This document shows positions 36,210 to 49,901 of a stretch of 64,000 bases of DNA, piece after piece. Source of the stretch: Penicillus capitatus (lineage: Eukaryota > Plantae > Chlorophyta); contig OZ287695.1 in NCBI GenBank assembly GCA_965649825.1, positions 1,477,288 through 1,541,287 on the forward strand, written 5' to 3'. The stretch's first letter is position 1. Each line of letters begins with the position of its first letter. Made by a program: the position numbers and the translations under genes. The notes under the pieces were generated by a model that searched no databases, was not told the origin of the DNA, and saw only the letters and a list, made by a program, of their open reading frames with translations.

Positions 36210-38657
36210 ATGTTGCCGTTTCTTGGAAAAGAAGAGACGAACCTCCGTCGCGTACGATCCTGTCGATCTCTCAATCGTTTCTTTTCGCGAAGGGTATCGT
36301 CGTTGTGTCTCTAGTTGGAGTCGCAACTGCAACAACGGGAGTGTCAGATCTCGAATCTCGAAGCGACCCTCGCCAAGAGCAAAGCGGTACACGGCGCCGT
36401 GGCCACGTCGGTGAAATGACTGGGCTTCATAGGAGACGGAGCATTTCAAGGGCCTTGTCGATCAACTGCGCCACGATCTTCGCGAAACGAACGCCAAAAA
36501 TCTCCAACAGGAGCAACACATCGAGCGCTACAACAAGGTCAGGCGTTTTGGCGCGCATAAGTGGTGACACCTTTGTATGCAACGTAGGAATTAAAGCCGC
36601 GAAAAGAGCAATGCGCATGGTTGCAGGAACAGGTGGCGTATCTCAAGAAAGAGGTCGAGGCGAAGTCGGCCAGAGAGAAAGATGCCGCGAATGCCGTCCA
36701 TCACAAGACGGAAGAGATGGAACGGCTCAAGACGGAACTCCAGGCAAGGACGACCTTCTTCGCGGCTTCGGTGTTTTGAGTGAGACATCAGGGAGTGAAA
36801 CGTGAGCTTGAGCATGCAAAGGCATCACTGCAGACGACAGATGTCCATACGGCACGATTTCGCAATGAGGCACAGGCAGAAATTGATCGCCTGAAGACCG
36901 AAGTCACCACCAAGACACAGGCCATACAGTTGTTGGAGGACACATTGAATGGGGGAGAATTGACAGAAGAGCAGAAGAAGCAACTGAAGAAAGCTTCGCT
37001 GTGTGATCAATTCGAGGCAGAACTGAAGAAAGCACAGACCGAGATGAAAGTCATGAACGGCCGGATACAGGAACTTGAGAAACAACTCCATACAGCCGAA
37101 GTTGTGAAGGGGGAACTCGAACAGCTCAGGGAAGAGAATGGCCAAGTGAGGATCCCCTCCTCTGCATAGAGATCACCTATGAGTGACCCATCTTGTGCGG
37201 ATAGTTGATGCAGGAGTGTCGGATGTTGGGGAAAGGGAAAGACGAAAGTCGATTGCACGAGAAGAGGGTTGAGCAATTGGAAGCCGAGAAGCAGTCCTTG
37301 ACAGAAGGTCTGACAAAACTGGAACAGCGATGGGAGATGCAGGACAGACAGATACGGGAGATGACATTGCAGCTCGAAGCTAAAGCAATGAAAGGAGACG
37401 GATTTCAAGCTTCGGCTGAAAAGCTCCATTCAAAACTGAAGCATGCAGAACAGGAACTGAGTGGAGTTCAAGCACAGTGCGAACGATTGCAGACGGAGAA
37501 CAATCGTCTCTTTGAGCACATTGCCTATACAGAAGATCAGTTGAATAAGGCCAAAGATGTCATCAGTGCAAAACAGGTCGCGCTGTTCTGTCGCGAAATG
37601 TGTGTCGATGGTCGGTTTATCAGGGGATTCTGGAAAACGAAAGGTCCATGATCGATGGGGATCGAAAACAGCAGGAGTCTATGGGAAGGTTGGTGCAAGG
37701 ATTGCGGTCGGAATTGGAAACGAGTCGGCGTCAGATTACGGATCTCACGATCAAAGACAGTAAAGCGGCAGATGCGATTTTGGCATTGGAACGTAAAGCG
37801 GAGAGCATGAGGACGGAAGCAGCACAGCTGCAGGCACAGAATGCAAACCTCAATAAAGATCTCAAGAGCTCTCAAGTGGGCAGCACCACAGATCGCACGG
37901 CACCTCTACGAGATCTTCTGCAGGTAGAGGTATTGAGAGTGCAGCAAGAGTTGAATGCGATGACAGAGAAGATGGTCCTGTACAAAAACCGCCTTTCCAC
38001 TTTGCGCAAAGAAATGTCGGAATATGAGAAGAATGCCCAGGAGCAAGGCAGTCACGGCAGTCGATTGGCCAAACCGCCAGAATACTATGCTCTCCAAGAA
38101 CGCGTCCAGATGTTAGAAGAAGAGATCGTGGCGGAGCGCAATTCCCATAGCATTACCAAAAACATGCTGCGTCAAGAAAGTGAACACCGTAAGGCACTAC
38201 GGTACCGTGGAGAAGGGTAGACAGATCTGTCTTATCTTTAGGTGCAGCTCAGTCGGGCACAACACATGTCAGCACGCCATTTCCTGTGCCTGGATCGAGT
38301 TTTCGTTTCAGCTATCATCGTGGCGATCAAGCTTCGCTGGATAACGAGACGCCAAGTCTCACCTTTGGATCCGGATCAATGTCCGAAGGGAAAGTTTCGT
38401 GGCCGACCGATGGCACAGCTAAAGTGGAGAATGTTGCCTCCAAAGACAAGCACTCGTTGTCACCCGTCGATGAGGGCCAGCAGAAAAGGGACATCGATGA
38501 AGGCGCAATGGATGTCGATGACTTCGATGTTTCGCTGCGCTTCGCCACACCGGGTCCCAATCGCCCAGACAAGGCACCCGAAGATGACGCCGACCCCAAG
38601 ATGGCATGTCCAAGGCGAGCAACCCTCGTAAGACATGGACCATCCCTTCCCAACTAA
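36210..38657 (+). CDS. Long coiled-coil protein, multi-exon
   Basis: Heptad-rich E/Q/K/L exons linked by short GT-AG introns; no specific family recognised. Confidence 0.7.
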
Positions 38658-39029
38658 GGCATCAGCCGTGCAGGATTTTCACCAGCTCAGCGCTCAGGTC
38701 TTCCAAGAGCATGAGACTACGAGGGGCTATGAGACATAGGGATCGTGTCCTACTAATAATAGAGGCATGGGCGGAGCTGTGAGACATACATGTCATAATA
38801 GTCTGATGTAAGCTAAGCAAGAGGATTTGTTAAACAAAACAAGTCCAATTTCAAGCCCTTAAGGGTATCGGTATTCCTAATGTTCAGAGGGATAATTGTT
38901 TGCCAGATAATGAAATATGGTGTAGCTTTGAATCAGATCTTAAGATTGCGCACGACTAGAAAAGAGGAAGTAATCTACAAATATACCATCCTTTCAATTA
39001 AAACCACGCTTTAACTTTGCAGCATCCAG

Positions 39030-41020
39030 CTACAGAATCATGGCAAATCTGTTTTGATGTGCAGCGAAAGTGCGGCCGTGCACGTCAGGGACGTCGTCTT
39101 GTGAGAACGATTCTGGCAATCCATTGTTTGGTGACCATTCTGAAACATTGAAGGCAAAGTTGTCATGGAGAGCCACCATTCGAGGCGGAACTCGATCTTC
39201 TGTCAACTGCTTCACCATCAATCCTCCACTGGCAGACAGGAACCCCACCACCTCATGTGGACACACATCTGACCCATCTTGGCGTTCCAGAAAGAACGTA
39301 TGAACAGCTTGACGAATGGGCAGTCCCAAATCATCCGTCAGACATTTGACTTTAGCCCTAAACAACGCACAGGAAGTGTGCAGAGGTGTTTGCTGATTGG
39401 ATCGATGACCGTGTGACACAGAGCTGTTGTGTTTTGAAGAGATCTGCAACGCGACAGAGCAAACCTCGTTGATCCATCGTCAAGACGTGCACTTTGAGTC
39501 CATGGGGTGCACGTCTCATGATGGAAGATATTAAGAGGTCCTTCAGTTTAGCAACCTTCTCCTTGTGGAATCTATTTTCGCCAAACCGAGGACGGATGAG
39601 AAAATCTTGAAACGCTGTCTCATTCTTGTGATTGGTAACGATGGAGGCATGAAAGATCTCATAATCCAGATCAGCTAAGGTGCATAGCGTGTCGAAGAGG
39701 AGTTTGATTCTGTCCTTGCAAGTAATCGTGACGCGCCAGTACTTAAGCCTCGGCCATTCCACAATAGACACCTACCACCCAGACGCTCTGAACAGAGAAC
39801 GCAATAAGGGAACAGAATCTGACGTTGGGTGCCTCTTCTTGTCCACTTGGTGATGCCATGTCGAAGGCTGTTTGCAACGACAGATGTTCATCTCTTTGTC
39901 TTGCGACTTCTTGAAGAAGCAATCGATGGAGACGGCGTTCGTGATGGATGTAGCCCTTGACCTGAAGGAAATGAACATTTTCGTCTGGCGAAGTCATCTC
40001 ACTCATGTCACACCTTTGTGACATTGACCTTTCCCTTTTCGCCTAAGAGTTCCAGAAGATTATCTTTGAGGCTATCCATGCGTTCTTGAGAATGTAGAGG
40101 GCCGTCTTTTGTCATGACACCGATGACAAAGGCACAACTACCGTGCTGTGTCCACGCCTGAGGAACAAACGTGATGCAGGCCGTCCATTGCTCGTGATCG
40201 AACGACAACGGTTCGCACCGCTAGCGATTTGATATCTAGTCCTGCTTGACAGACGACAGTAGTGGTGTCGTGCAGCAAACCCACACGATCCTCATCCGCC
40301 ATTTCTATAACCGTATGCACACACATGCGTTCTGCGCATACATTTCGGATGTGACAGGTCAGCTGATAGACATCGATCACATACCGTCGTTTGGTCGATA
40401 ACGACAGAGATGTCGTTCAGATTCGTACTCAATCTTCAATACCTGACATCACAGTGCCTTGCTGGAAACAGAGTCTATAGGTAAGGGGTGTGAGCTGACC
40501 TGCTTAATCGTCTCTAGCTTTTTGTGATCGATGACCTTACCACCCGTCGGTTCCTCCAAGTGAAAGACTAGAGAACCAACCCGTCATCGTCGATTCCCTT
40601 TTGCAACAATGGAGATGATCATTACTGTCGACAAACCATCCCCCATCCGAACTGATCTGTGCCCTCCGTATTATCAGATTCAATTCTGTCAGACATTGCA
40701 CGACCTGAACATCATCCACGTCACATGCATCTCATTTCATTACTATCATTTCTGCTGCACCTCTACAAGTGTGCCTGGACGGTTAGCACTGTCTATGGTA
40801 ATAATGGTCTCCGTTGCGTGGGTTTTGTTATCAACCTCGACATTCGGAGGCTTTCGTCGTAGTTCGAGGTCCTTGTCATCAGCTACGGTGCCCTCTTGCG
40901 TCACGACGCTCTCGGGAGAACAGCGCGATTCGCTTTCTTTGTAGGCATCAAAGTTTTGCAAACTAACAGAACGAAAAAAGGGATGTGACTTGCTGAGCAA
41001 TGAAGCAGAATACATAGAAG
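39030..41020 (-). CDS. ACT-domain repeat (ACR-type) protein
   Basis: TIDSANRPGTLVE, QISSDGGWF, DRVGLL, CKDRIKLLFDTLCTL and DQRGLLCRVA. Confidence 0.85.
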
Positions 41021-41174
41021 CAAACAAAAAAGCGCTTGTCTACATGCAAACTCCAATATCGCACCTGCGAATCCAAGTCATGGCTGCGCCCGCGCTGTCC
41101 TGTCGATAAAAGGGATGGGACATTGACGAGGCACATCAACCGTAATGGCAATCATTTATAAGACCGTTCATATT

Positions 41175-42785
41175 CTAGGGCATCAACCGACGCAGATCGC
41201 GTGGGAATAGAGATGTTTTGCGAACATTGTCGAGTCCCAGATAGAGCATGACAACACGCTCGAGTCCCACACCCACACCACCATGAGGCGGAGCACCCAG
41301 ACGAAACGCGTTGATATACGCCGCCAGTGACTCCACCGGAATCTCATGCGCTTTGGCGCGTTGTGTGAGGAGATCGGGGTCATGAATTCGCTGTGCCCCG
41401 GAAATGATCTCCTCTCCACGCATGAAGACATCGTAGGAGTTGCTGTAGCGATCGTCATCGGCACAGGGCATCGTGTAGAAGGGCCGGATGCAGAGGGGGT
41501 AACGATAGAGGATGTAGAAATCACTGTCGTATTTGTCGGCGATGATCTTGCCGAGTGCTCGTTCCAGCATGGTATTCAAATCATCCATGGGGCCGACCTC
41601 TTCATGTCCAGCATTTCTCAAAAGCTCGATGCCCTCGGCAAACGTGAGACGAACGCGCTTGAAACGGAAAGGGATAAAGGGATACTGCTGCTGGACGGTT
41701 TGCAGTTCCGAAGCAGCTGAATTGGCAAGTCCCTCGCAGATGCTCTCGAATACGGTCTCGACGACGTCCAGTACTTCAAAGTAGTGCTCCTGAATGGCCA
41801 TCTCAAAATCCAGTCCAGTAAACTCACAGAGATGACGATGCGTGTCCGAATTCTCAGCTCGGAAAACGGGACCGATTTCGAACACGCGTCCAAAATCGGC
41901 ACAGATGGCCATTTGCTTATAGAGCTGAGGAGACTGTGCAAGACATGCCGACTGTCCCATGTAATTCAGCTGAAACACAGCAGATCCTCCCTCTGACGTC
42001 CCAGCCACGAGTTTCGGAGAGTGGATCTCTACGAATCCTTGTTGCAGCAGGCAGTCACGGAAGAGTCGACAGACATGGCTCTGAACGCGGAAGATAGCTT
42101 GATTGGCCGGCGTTCTTAAATCCAGGAAACGATTGTCCAGTCGCGTTCCTTGCTGCACACGGGTCAACTGCTCTCCAGCTTTCTTGGCTTCTTCAATCTC
42201 TGCATCGGACCGGGCGGCCGCTGTCAGCTCGAAGGGCAGCTCCTCAGCGCGGCTGATACAGTGGATGCTTGTCACCTGCAGTTCGACGTCCTTCTGTGTG
42301 CATGCCAAAATCTCAAACTCTGTTTTCTTGACCGCTGCTTCTATATCCACAATGGACTCCTTGGAAATGCCCATTGCATATTTCACCATTGTCTTGGACA
42401 CGTGGACGTCATCTGCAAAGAGAATGCACTGAATGGTGGCCGCCTGCTGTCGGAGCACCAAGAAACACGATTTCCCTTTTCCGCGGACCGTATGAATACG
42501 AGCTCGTAGATAGATAGTCTCCCCATCCATTTCGCCAGTGATGGCGGCAACCTTTGAGCCTTCCTTCGATGCCTGCTCGGTGCTCTGAATTAATTTTCGA
42601 TCTCCGTATCGTTCGTGAAGCGGATCGGATGGATCCGATTGGAGGATGGCAGTGGCCTTCTGCTGGCGATTCTCTTTCGGTTTCTTGCCTCCTTTCGATT
42701 TCGAAGTGTCTGCTGCATCGCCGTCGGGGACGGAAAGGGGAATAGCGAAACGTTCATCCCACCAGCTCATGATTGGCGGCGACAC
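41175..42785 (-). CDS. DARS1: Cytosolic aspartyl-tRNA synthetase (intronless)
   Basis: RARIHTVRGKGK, RLDNRFLDLRT, LAQSPQLYKQM, FRAENS..RHLCEF and PPHGGVGVGLERV. Confidence 0.97.
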   Translation of the reverse strand: MSPPIMSWWDERFAIPLSVPDGDAADTSKSKGGKKPKENRQQKATAILQSDPSDPLHERYGDRKLIQSTEQASKEGSKVAAITGEMDGETIYLRARIHTVRGKGKSCFLVLRQQAATIQCILFADDVHVSKTMVKYAMGISKESIVDIEAAVKKTEFEILACTQKDVELQVTSIHCISRAEELPFELTAAARSDAEIEEAKKAGEQLTRVQQGTRLDNRFLDLRTPANQAIFRVQSHVCRLFRDCLLQQGFVEIHSPKLVAGTSEGGSAVFQLNYMGQSACLAQSPQLYKQMAICADFGRVFEIGPVFRAENSDTHRHLCEFTGLDFEMAIQEHYFEVLDVVETVFESICEGLANSAASELQTVQQQYPFIPFRFKRVRLTFAEGIELLRNAGHEEVGPMDDLNTMLERALGKIIADKYDSDFYILYRYPLCIRPFYTMPCADDDRYSNSYDVFMRGEEIISGAQRIHDPDLLTQRAKAHEIPVESLAAYINAFRLGAPPHGGVGVGLERVVMLYLGLDNVRKTSLFPRDLRRLMP

Positions 42786-42853
42786 GTAAAGAACGAAAGG
42801 ATGCAGATGGCAATCTCATCAAGTTCGTTGTGATGTGGACGGCAGTGATCGCA

Positions 42854-43502
42854 ATGAGCGGAATACCACTGGCCGTTGCTCAGCCCGACGCCATGCGATC
42901 GCGGAGAATGCACTTGGCAGAATCTTCGTTTGGTGCAGGGCCGTTTCGGCGTCGGCAGGTTAGCAAGGCATATCGAAGAGCCATGCGTCCATGTGCACGT
43001 TCCCTTTCCGATATGAGCGACGAAGCGCTCCAGAAGGCATTGCAGCATCAACAACGGCAGACAAAAGAAAAACCGAAACCGCAATTCGTGTATCGATAGA
43101 CAACAGGAGAGGCAGAGAGCACAGTGGTGTCGTAGGGAGCCAACACGCGTTGAGAATAAGAGAGAGGAGGGGGAATCTCCGGAATCTAAAAAAGTCCAGG
43201 ATGACTTAGCAGACCGTTTGGGAGATCTAGCCGAGGAGCAGATGCGACGCGCCATGCAAAGACAAGTGGGAGCAACGAGGGCCGATTGGACAGATGCCAC
43301 CGATCCCGACGTGCCTATGGAGGAACCCACATCATCAGAATCCCGGGAACCGCCAAATGCGACCGAAGCTCCTCCTCCACCAAAAGTAAAAAGAGTGAGA
43401 AAAGTGAGAAAGATGAAAAGTTCTCCTTTGCAGAGCAAGACATCGCCAATGAAGCGTTTTCCGGATGGGTCGGTCTTGTACACCGCAGAACAGTTTGAGT
43501 GA
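42854..43502 (+). CDS. Hypothetical protein, possibly plastid-targeted
   Basis: Two ORF blocks joined by a short intron; ends FPDGSVLYTAEQFE. Start uncertain. Confidence 0.5.
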
Positions 43503-43605
43503 AGCGACGTCGAACGCACATGTGTGACGAAATCAGAAGCCTGGCGCCATTATCCATGTTCACATTTTTGGATGGGGTGTGTGGTCGATGCACGATGTTC
43601 GAATG

Positions 43606-44495
43606 TCAGTTTTGTGCAAAGGGAATGTTCATTTTTCTGTAGAAGGTGTCACGTATAATGGGCTTTCTCGCAAATGCCGGCTTCTCGAACGTCGTTGGCG
43701 ATCGATGAGTGAGCGCATAGGTCGTTTGCATGGAACCGAAATGACGTTCCTTCTGCCGAACAACACGTCCGTCCGTTTCTCCCTGCTCGGCGTCTCCTCG
43801 GCAGAAACGCCCTGCCGATTTTCCAAACACTCGGTCGTAGAGAAACTGCAACCACATTCACCGACCGCATTCAGAGTGACCGGAGGACGTACATCATCCT
43901 GCGGGATTGCCTCCGACGTAGGGACTTCGATCGGTGTCCCTGCTGTCTCGAGCGCCGCTTTCGCAAACTTCTGTTCTTGCTGTCGAAGCATCACACATCG
44001 AACGGTGCTATGAGATGGTGGATGGTCGACTTTGAGCTGCTCTCGCCATTGCTCTGTTCGAATGGTGTTCGAGAATTCGTCTCTGCGTCGGAAGTCGCCT
44101 GTCAAGAATCCTTTCGCCTTGTCCTTCTGCACCTCGGCGTAACGCGTTCGGTCGACGAAAGCATCTCCCTACATCGAACCGCCTTTTCTCCGACGGCATC
44201 ACACAATTTCAAAGACGTCGGCGATCCATTCATGCTTCGGCGTGAAATACGTATTGGGTGTTTTGCCACTCTTTGACGATGTCGCAGTAAACTGCTTTCC
44301 TCCAAAGTTGCTCCGATCTGCTTTCTTTTCACCATAGAGCTCAGGCTGACTGCCGACCGAATACAGAGAAATGAAGCGAGTGCGATTGCAGGGTCGACGA
44401 TACTCTTTCGTGCCGACGGTAATGTATGAGGCCTTGGAGAAAACCCCTTTGCCTCTGCTCAAAATCGCGGCTTCGTCTGTCCTGTTATTGTTCAT
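43606..44495 (-). CDS. Conserved hypothetical protein, possibly flagellum-associated
   Basis: Spliced exons FSKASYITVG, GKQFTAT and GFLTGDFRRRDEFSNTIRTEQWREQLK. The family assignment is from memory and unverified. Confidence 0.55.
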
Positions 44496-44556
44496 GTCGG
44501 CGATCTCCTGTGAGAACGATCGACGGGTGTCATCATGACTGGATCGACACCGACAG

Positions 44557-45656
44557 ATGCAAAGCCACGGTCCGACCACGCTCTGCAGGCGTCCGGTCGA
44601 CGTTCGAGGACTGTCGTGTCCAAATCTGATAAAACAGCGCACGCGAACGCCACTCGTCTTACTAAAACCGTGCCTGCGAAGCAACCCGACGACCATCATG
44701 AAACCGTCGTTTGTCTCTCGAGCCGTCATGGCTTTCGATGCGGAAAAGCTTCAGTCGGTGACAGTGGGAGGCATTCTTGCTCAGGACATCGTGGCGTTCT
44801 GCGTCTGTTGTCTGGGGTCCTATCTCTGGATTAAGCTTTTTGGTCTATTATCGGACAGAGACGTTGTCGATGGGGTATAGCCACTTGTCCGCCGCCAGTT
44901 CACAACTGACAGATGCCTCTCCTGTCCACAGAAAACATCCAGAAAGCTTTTGCATATTACGACCGGTCCTCTTTCCGTGATGACATGGATACTCTTCAGG
45001 TAAGCCTTCTGCCATTGTCGCTCAGGAAGAGAATTGCGATTCGGTAGCGCCACATCCGGAGGGCAGTTGATTGCTGCTTTAGTTCCGTTGACCAATGTTC
45101 TTCGTATTGCTGCCAATGGTATTGGCTTCCTAGGAGATCAGAGTTTTGTGAAATCTATGAGTCGCGAAGGATCCAAATCTGAACTCCTCACTGGCCCTCT
45201 GTTCTATTGTCTAACCATCTTGTTTGTCACTTCCTGCTTCTGGAGACAAAGCATCACGTCGTTCCTTGCCGTCGGAGTCATGGCCGGCGGAGATGGAATG
45301 GCAGACATCGTTGGGCGGAGATTTGGAAAAAACAAACTGCCTTACAACGAGAAGAAATCCGTGGAAGGCTCTCTTGCTTTCATCGTTTTTGGATCCCTCA
45401 TGACTCTTGGGTACACACGAATCTCCAAATCTCGGATAGAGAACACGGACTGCGTTTTAGGTTGGCAGGTTTCTTTTACTGGACTGGATTTTTGAAGTTG
45501 CATAACAGCTTTTCGTTTGTTTCGCTTCAGATTGTGTTGATCACGATGCTCTGTGCATTGGTCGAGTCGTCGCCTCTGACGTCTAAGTTTGATGATAATC
45601 TGCTTGTGCCGACGGTTGCCATTGCTTTGAGCACATTCTTGTCGCAAGGACTATGA
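44557..45656 (+). CDS. VTE5: Phytol/farnesol kinase (cytidylyltransferase family)
   Basis: SRKLLHITTG, SMSREG..ELLTGPLFY, GDGMADIVGRRFG, KKSVEGSLAF and DDNLLVP. Confidence 0.88.
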
Positions 45657-45880
45657 ATGGAAAGAAACCATTGGACGAATTAAAGACAAATGAGGAAGGT
45701 TGTAAGTTGATCATTGAGATGGGGCGCTGCTGAATTGCACAATAGAAAGGCAACTCGCACAGCAAACGACACACCCTTAGCCGAGACAAAAATAAAGAAA
45801 TGTATGTTCGTGTGCGCTGCCTGAATAAACGCAGCATGCATGAACAGAGAGATGTCAGACAGAGGGACAGAATTTGACGA

Positions 45881-47300
45881 TTATGCCGAAATGGTGCTCA
45901 AGTACTGATCCGCTTTCTCTTTGCCGAGCAGCGCCTGTGCAACTTCCAGCCAAGAATCCGTTATGTAAAGAGTTTTCTGATCTGCAACAACAGCACTGTC
46001 TGATGATCGCGGTGGATGACTTTACCTGTTGCCGCTGCACTTGGTGGATGAAGCAATGCGTCGGACAGCGGCCTCAACTGAATCCCAAAGTGCTCAGCAA
46101 ATAAAAGAAATGCTTTGCTTTGACCCATAACAATACCAACATCCGCCTTCGATGCCAAAACGGTGGATGCATACTCAAAACAGTGCATAACGGTGTACCA
46201 TGAGAAGTGGCTGGATATCATTGTAAGAATCGCCGATGAAGACAGACCTGCGCTCGCTCTGACTGTTCGAAGACTGGCCTTCCTGCAAGAGCTTTCGCAA
46301 CAGTGCTGCTTTGTCCCGGCCACTCTCCATTCGTCTACAGCAGAGATCACAGACACATCGATCGATCGATCGCAGACGCAGACGGCAGTCTCACATGGAA
46401 AGGTCGCCTGTCGATATCTCGTCCTCGTAGAGCATTTCATTGGAGTAGATCTTGACGCGGCCTTCCAGAACGCTCGAGCCGCTAGACACATCCATCAGAA
46501 GACAGACAATCGATGGACATGTCACTTGTCTGAGGCTACCGAGCTGTTGGGCCCGATCACTCTTTGGATCCAGTCGGCTGACCAGTTGATGCTCAGAATC
46601 ATGACTTCCGCTCCAGATTCTTGCATGGCTTGAATGGTCTCTAATGCATGGATCTTTACTGGCGTCGTCGGAGCCATTTTCAGAAATTCATCGCGTTTCA
46701 CGCCTGTATGGACGAACGACACCCATATCTGACCATTTCTGCTGAAGGAGATACGCGCCTGCAAACAGCCTGTTCTCGATGCCAATCTGACTCCATTTCT
46801 GATCGACTTCTGCGCGCATGTCCAATGCCTGATCGATGTTCGCCATATTGAATTCTCCTGGAGGGAACTGCGCCAAGGTCGACATCAGTTGTTTATCGTG
46901 ATCTGCCTCATACTCCACTGTCAGTTTACCGACCAATGCCTTGCGTTCCTGTACAAATGCTGCCGCTTCCTCTGCAGATGACATTCCCTGGATGCGTGCA
47001 GGCGGAGTGTGCCGAGAGCTTTGTGTAGAAACAGCCACGATACTTTGGCAATGCCGGCGATGACCGCCCGGACCTGGACAGTCGCTGAGAGCCCTTCCGT
47101 AATGGTCTCGTCAAAATCTAGATAGACACGGTGCAAAGGCCCTGCCAGACATCGAGATATCTCAAATCTGCCGCCTTCAAAGGTATCTGACCAAAAACGG
47201 TTGCCAAAGCAAAGGTGGAGCCATTGCCATTGTCTGGATCGACTGCACCGGCAGATATCTGCTGCATCGTTCTACCTGCGTGGCAGCGCATACGTTCCAA
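45881..47300 (-). CDS. HAD-family phosphatase, TH2 (thiamine monophosphate phosphatase)-like HAD domain
   Basis: DFDETIT, ILSINWSADWI and KADVGIVMG..FGI; multi-exon, start uncertain. Confidence 0.65.
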
Positions 47301-47519
47301 CAGCGCTTTACGGAACCCCGTTCTCACATGGGCTCGATTTCAGTCCATATGTCCAATGCGATGTGTTTTGCTGCCGTTTGCTCTGCGCAGAGGCCTTTGC
47401 AGAAAACTGCTTACCGCGTGCAGCGTTTGAGTGACTTTGCCAGACGGCTCCGACAATGGACATCTGATCGAGACACTGTAAACAACGGCCACGCATCGTA
47501 CGTCTCTTCGAGATACGTC

Positions 47520-48640
47520 ATGCACGGAATTTGGAGAAGGCTCTTCAAGAGAGTGCGCGCAAAGAGCGCCCTTTCAACCGGTCCTTTCTTCATTCCAGTC
47601 TATTTTTTCGTCATTTTTGGCCGAAAGCGGTCACAGCTGACGGTCGAGTGCGTGGAACGACTGAATGCTGAAATCCAACCGACTGACCGTGAAGAAGACG
47701 ATGCACTTTCGGTCTCGACCTTCTTCACCTGTTTTTCCGTTTTTCAAGAGAATTCGGATGGAACCGCCAACGAAGATCTCCTCGTTCCTCTTCTAGGCGC
47801 ATCGCACACCTTCCTGCACTACATTTCTTATTCAAATCTACAGCGGATTGCAATGGAATGCCTGGAAAAAATGAATAATCACTTTGCAGAGGGGTACACA
47901 TGGAACGGCGAGGACACGATGGGGAAGTACCTCTGTCCTGGACTCGGATGGGAAGTCCGACCGGATGAGACAGGGCCAAATATCCTGACAACGACGGACA
48001 TGAGTCAAATCGCTGGACTTTGGCGAACTGATCTGGAATGCAGTGACGATCCAGGACCGCTGTTGGATGTCATGGAGATGGCATGGTTCTACAAAAAAGC
48101 TGCTCGACTCGTACATTACACAGAAGTGCATTAAACACACCGTCACTCTTTTCAGAAGAGTGAGTAATGTCGTGCCGTTTCAGGTTCATGCCAACAATGA
48201 AAGAATTGGCCTCTATCCGAAAGTTCTTGGACTGACCTTCCCGACGGTTTCTTACTGGACAAGAGAAGGAAAAATAACGCCAAGACGCGATTTGCGAAAG
48301 GGCCTGGCACGGATCTCGACCGTGACAACAACATTTGGATTCCGTCAATTGTGTGATCACATACCGACCTCTCATTCATCTGTCCTCATCACTCTATACG
48401 CTCTGTAGTGTGCAGTGGGGACAACCGTATGCAGGATTTGCTGTTGTCGAAGGTCAGCTGTCGCAGGATATGAATTCTTTTGAAATCCTGACATTCACTC
48501 AGAGATACGAAGGGCCCCATTGTTGCCTAAGGTATACATTGCGCAGAGCTGATCGGTGTGTGACCTCTTCTGTAGATCTGTTTTTCGAAGGGTCCTCAAG
48601 TAATGCTGTAGAGCACATTGCTGTAAGAATCGAATTGTAG
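47520..48640 (+). CDS. Hypothetical protein
   Basis: Long ORF plus spliced exons (AGLWRTDLECSDDPGPLLDVMEMAW..; WGQPYAGFAVVEG); no family recognised. Confidence 0.5.
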
Positions 48641-48702
48641 CCTTCGTGGCCTTTTGTCAAGTTGCTTAGTAAAGATCCGGCCATTGGCATTTCGTAAAGC
48701 CT

Positions 48703-49248
48703 CTAACGCAGATTGTACGATGCATCCCACGGAAATCTGTGAAGCACCTCGACGTGGGGGTTTGCATTTGTCACACGTCCGGTGCCTTTCTTAGCCATAT
48801 ACTCCTCCAAGACAGCTGGTTCATCCAAACGCATCACCGTGTAACGCACGGAGGCAATGGACCCTCTCTCCTCGGCCTTCCTCAGAGCATAGAGTCTACA
48901 GCAATCGCACCGTAAAAATGTATCGTATGTGCGTTCTTCTCCACACCTTCTGTTGTCCAGAGAGCGCCATGTGTGATCGACCGTGTCGTAGATGATGCGT
49001 ATGGGTTCGATATTGAGTGCCAGCGGATCGCCGTAGAGCACGAGATCGTCAATCAGGGACTTGAGTGATGTGCGTTCTCCAGTCGGCGTCGCGATGTCAT
49101 TGGTAATAGAAGCGGTCGTGAATTGAATGTCTGAAGGACGGCGCGGACGCAAATGCGTTGTGGGTTTCAGTTCGCAGAACAGGCGAAACAGAACATAACA
49201 GACGATGGCGGCGAGCAAGAAAAGATTCGAAATCTCGACCAACGTCAT
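48703..49248 (-). CDS. Hypothetical protein with an N-terminal hydrophobic segment
   Basis: 181-aa ATG ORF with LFLLAAIVCYVLF at the N-terminus. Confidence 0.55.
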   Translation of the reverse strand: MTLVEISNLFLLAAIVCYVLFRLFCELKPTTHLRPRRPSDIQFTTASITNDIATPTGERTSLKSLIDDLVLYGDPLALNIEPIRIIYDTVDHTWRSLDNRRCGEERTYDTFLRCDCCRLYALRKAEERGSIASVRYTVMRLDEPAVLEEYMAKKGTGRVTNANPHVEVLHRFPWDASYNLR

Positions 49249-49901
49249 AAGAGAACAAACAGACGAGAGAGAACAGTGCCGTGTGCAACAACGGATATGC
49301 GACAGGGAGTGTGACGATATGTGACGTCAGATAGATAACCATCATGTCATGGCAGACGACAGCCTCTCGAATGTGACCAACTGATCATTCAGATTCTGCG
49401 AAGCGTTTGTGTGACGTCACACTTTTGCGGTTCAAAGAAACAGGTGGTTCTAACTGTGAAGCTCCCGCATTTTTTGTTCCTTTGCGAAATCTCGCGATTG
49501 GGAGATTGCGCATCGGATGAAGAAGACTTCTCATAGATATGTTGCAGAGAATGAAGAATGATCAGGGTTGTTAGGGGAGATACCATTGTTTCTGTTCTTT
49601 AAGCTTGTGCCTGATTTTAGGCAACGCTTTCCGATACACAACATTTCAATGACATCGTTGATGGGACATAAACAAGGCAATCTTCGTAACAAGCCAGTTT
49701 GATCCACCGACTTTGACACGTCCACAGAAAGAGTGACATGTGACTTAAACAGATTCTACCGCTGTCACCATAACTGTCCCCTTTCTTTCGACTATCGTCA
49801 GCACTCTAATTTCCGAAGGCATAGCCGATTGAGCGAAAAATAATGGTCATTTAGAATTGAATTCGTTCGAAGAAGTGCTCGGATGGCAAACAGCAAAACG
49901 C

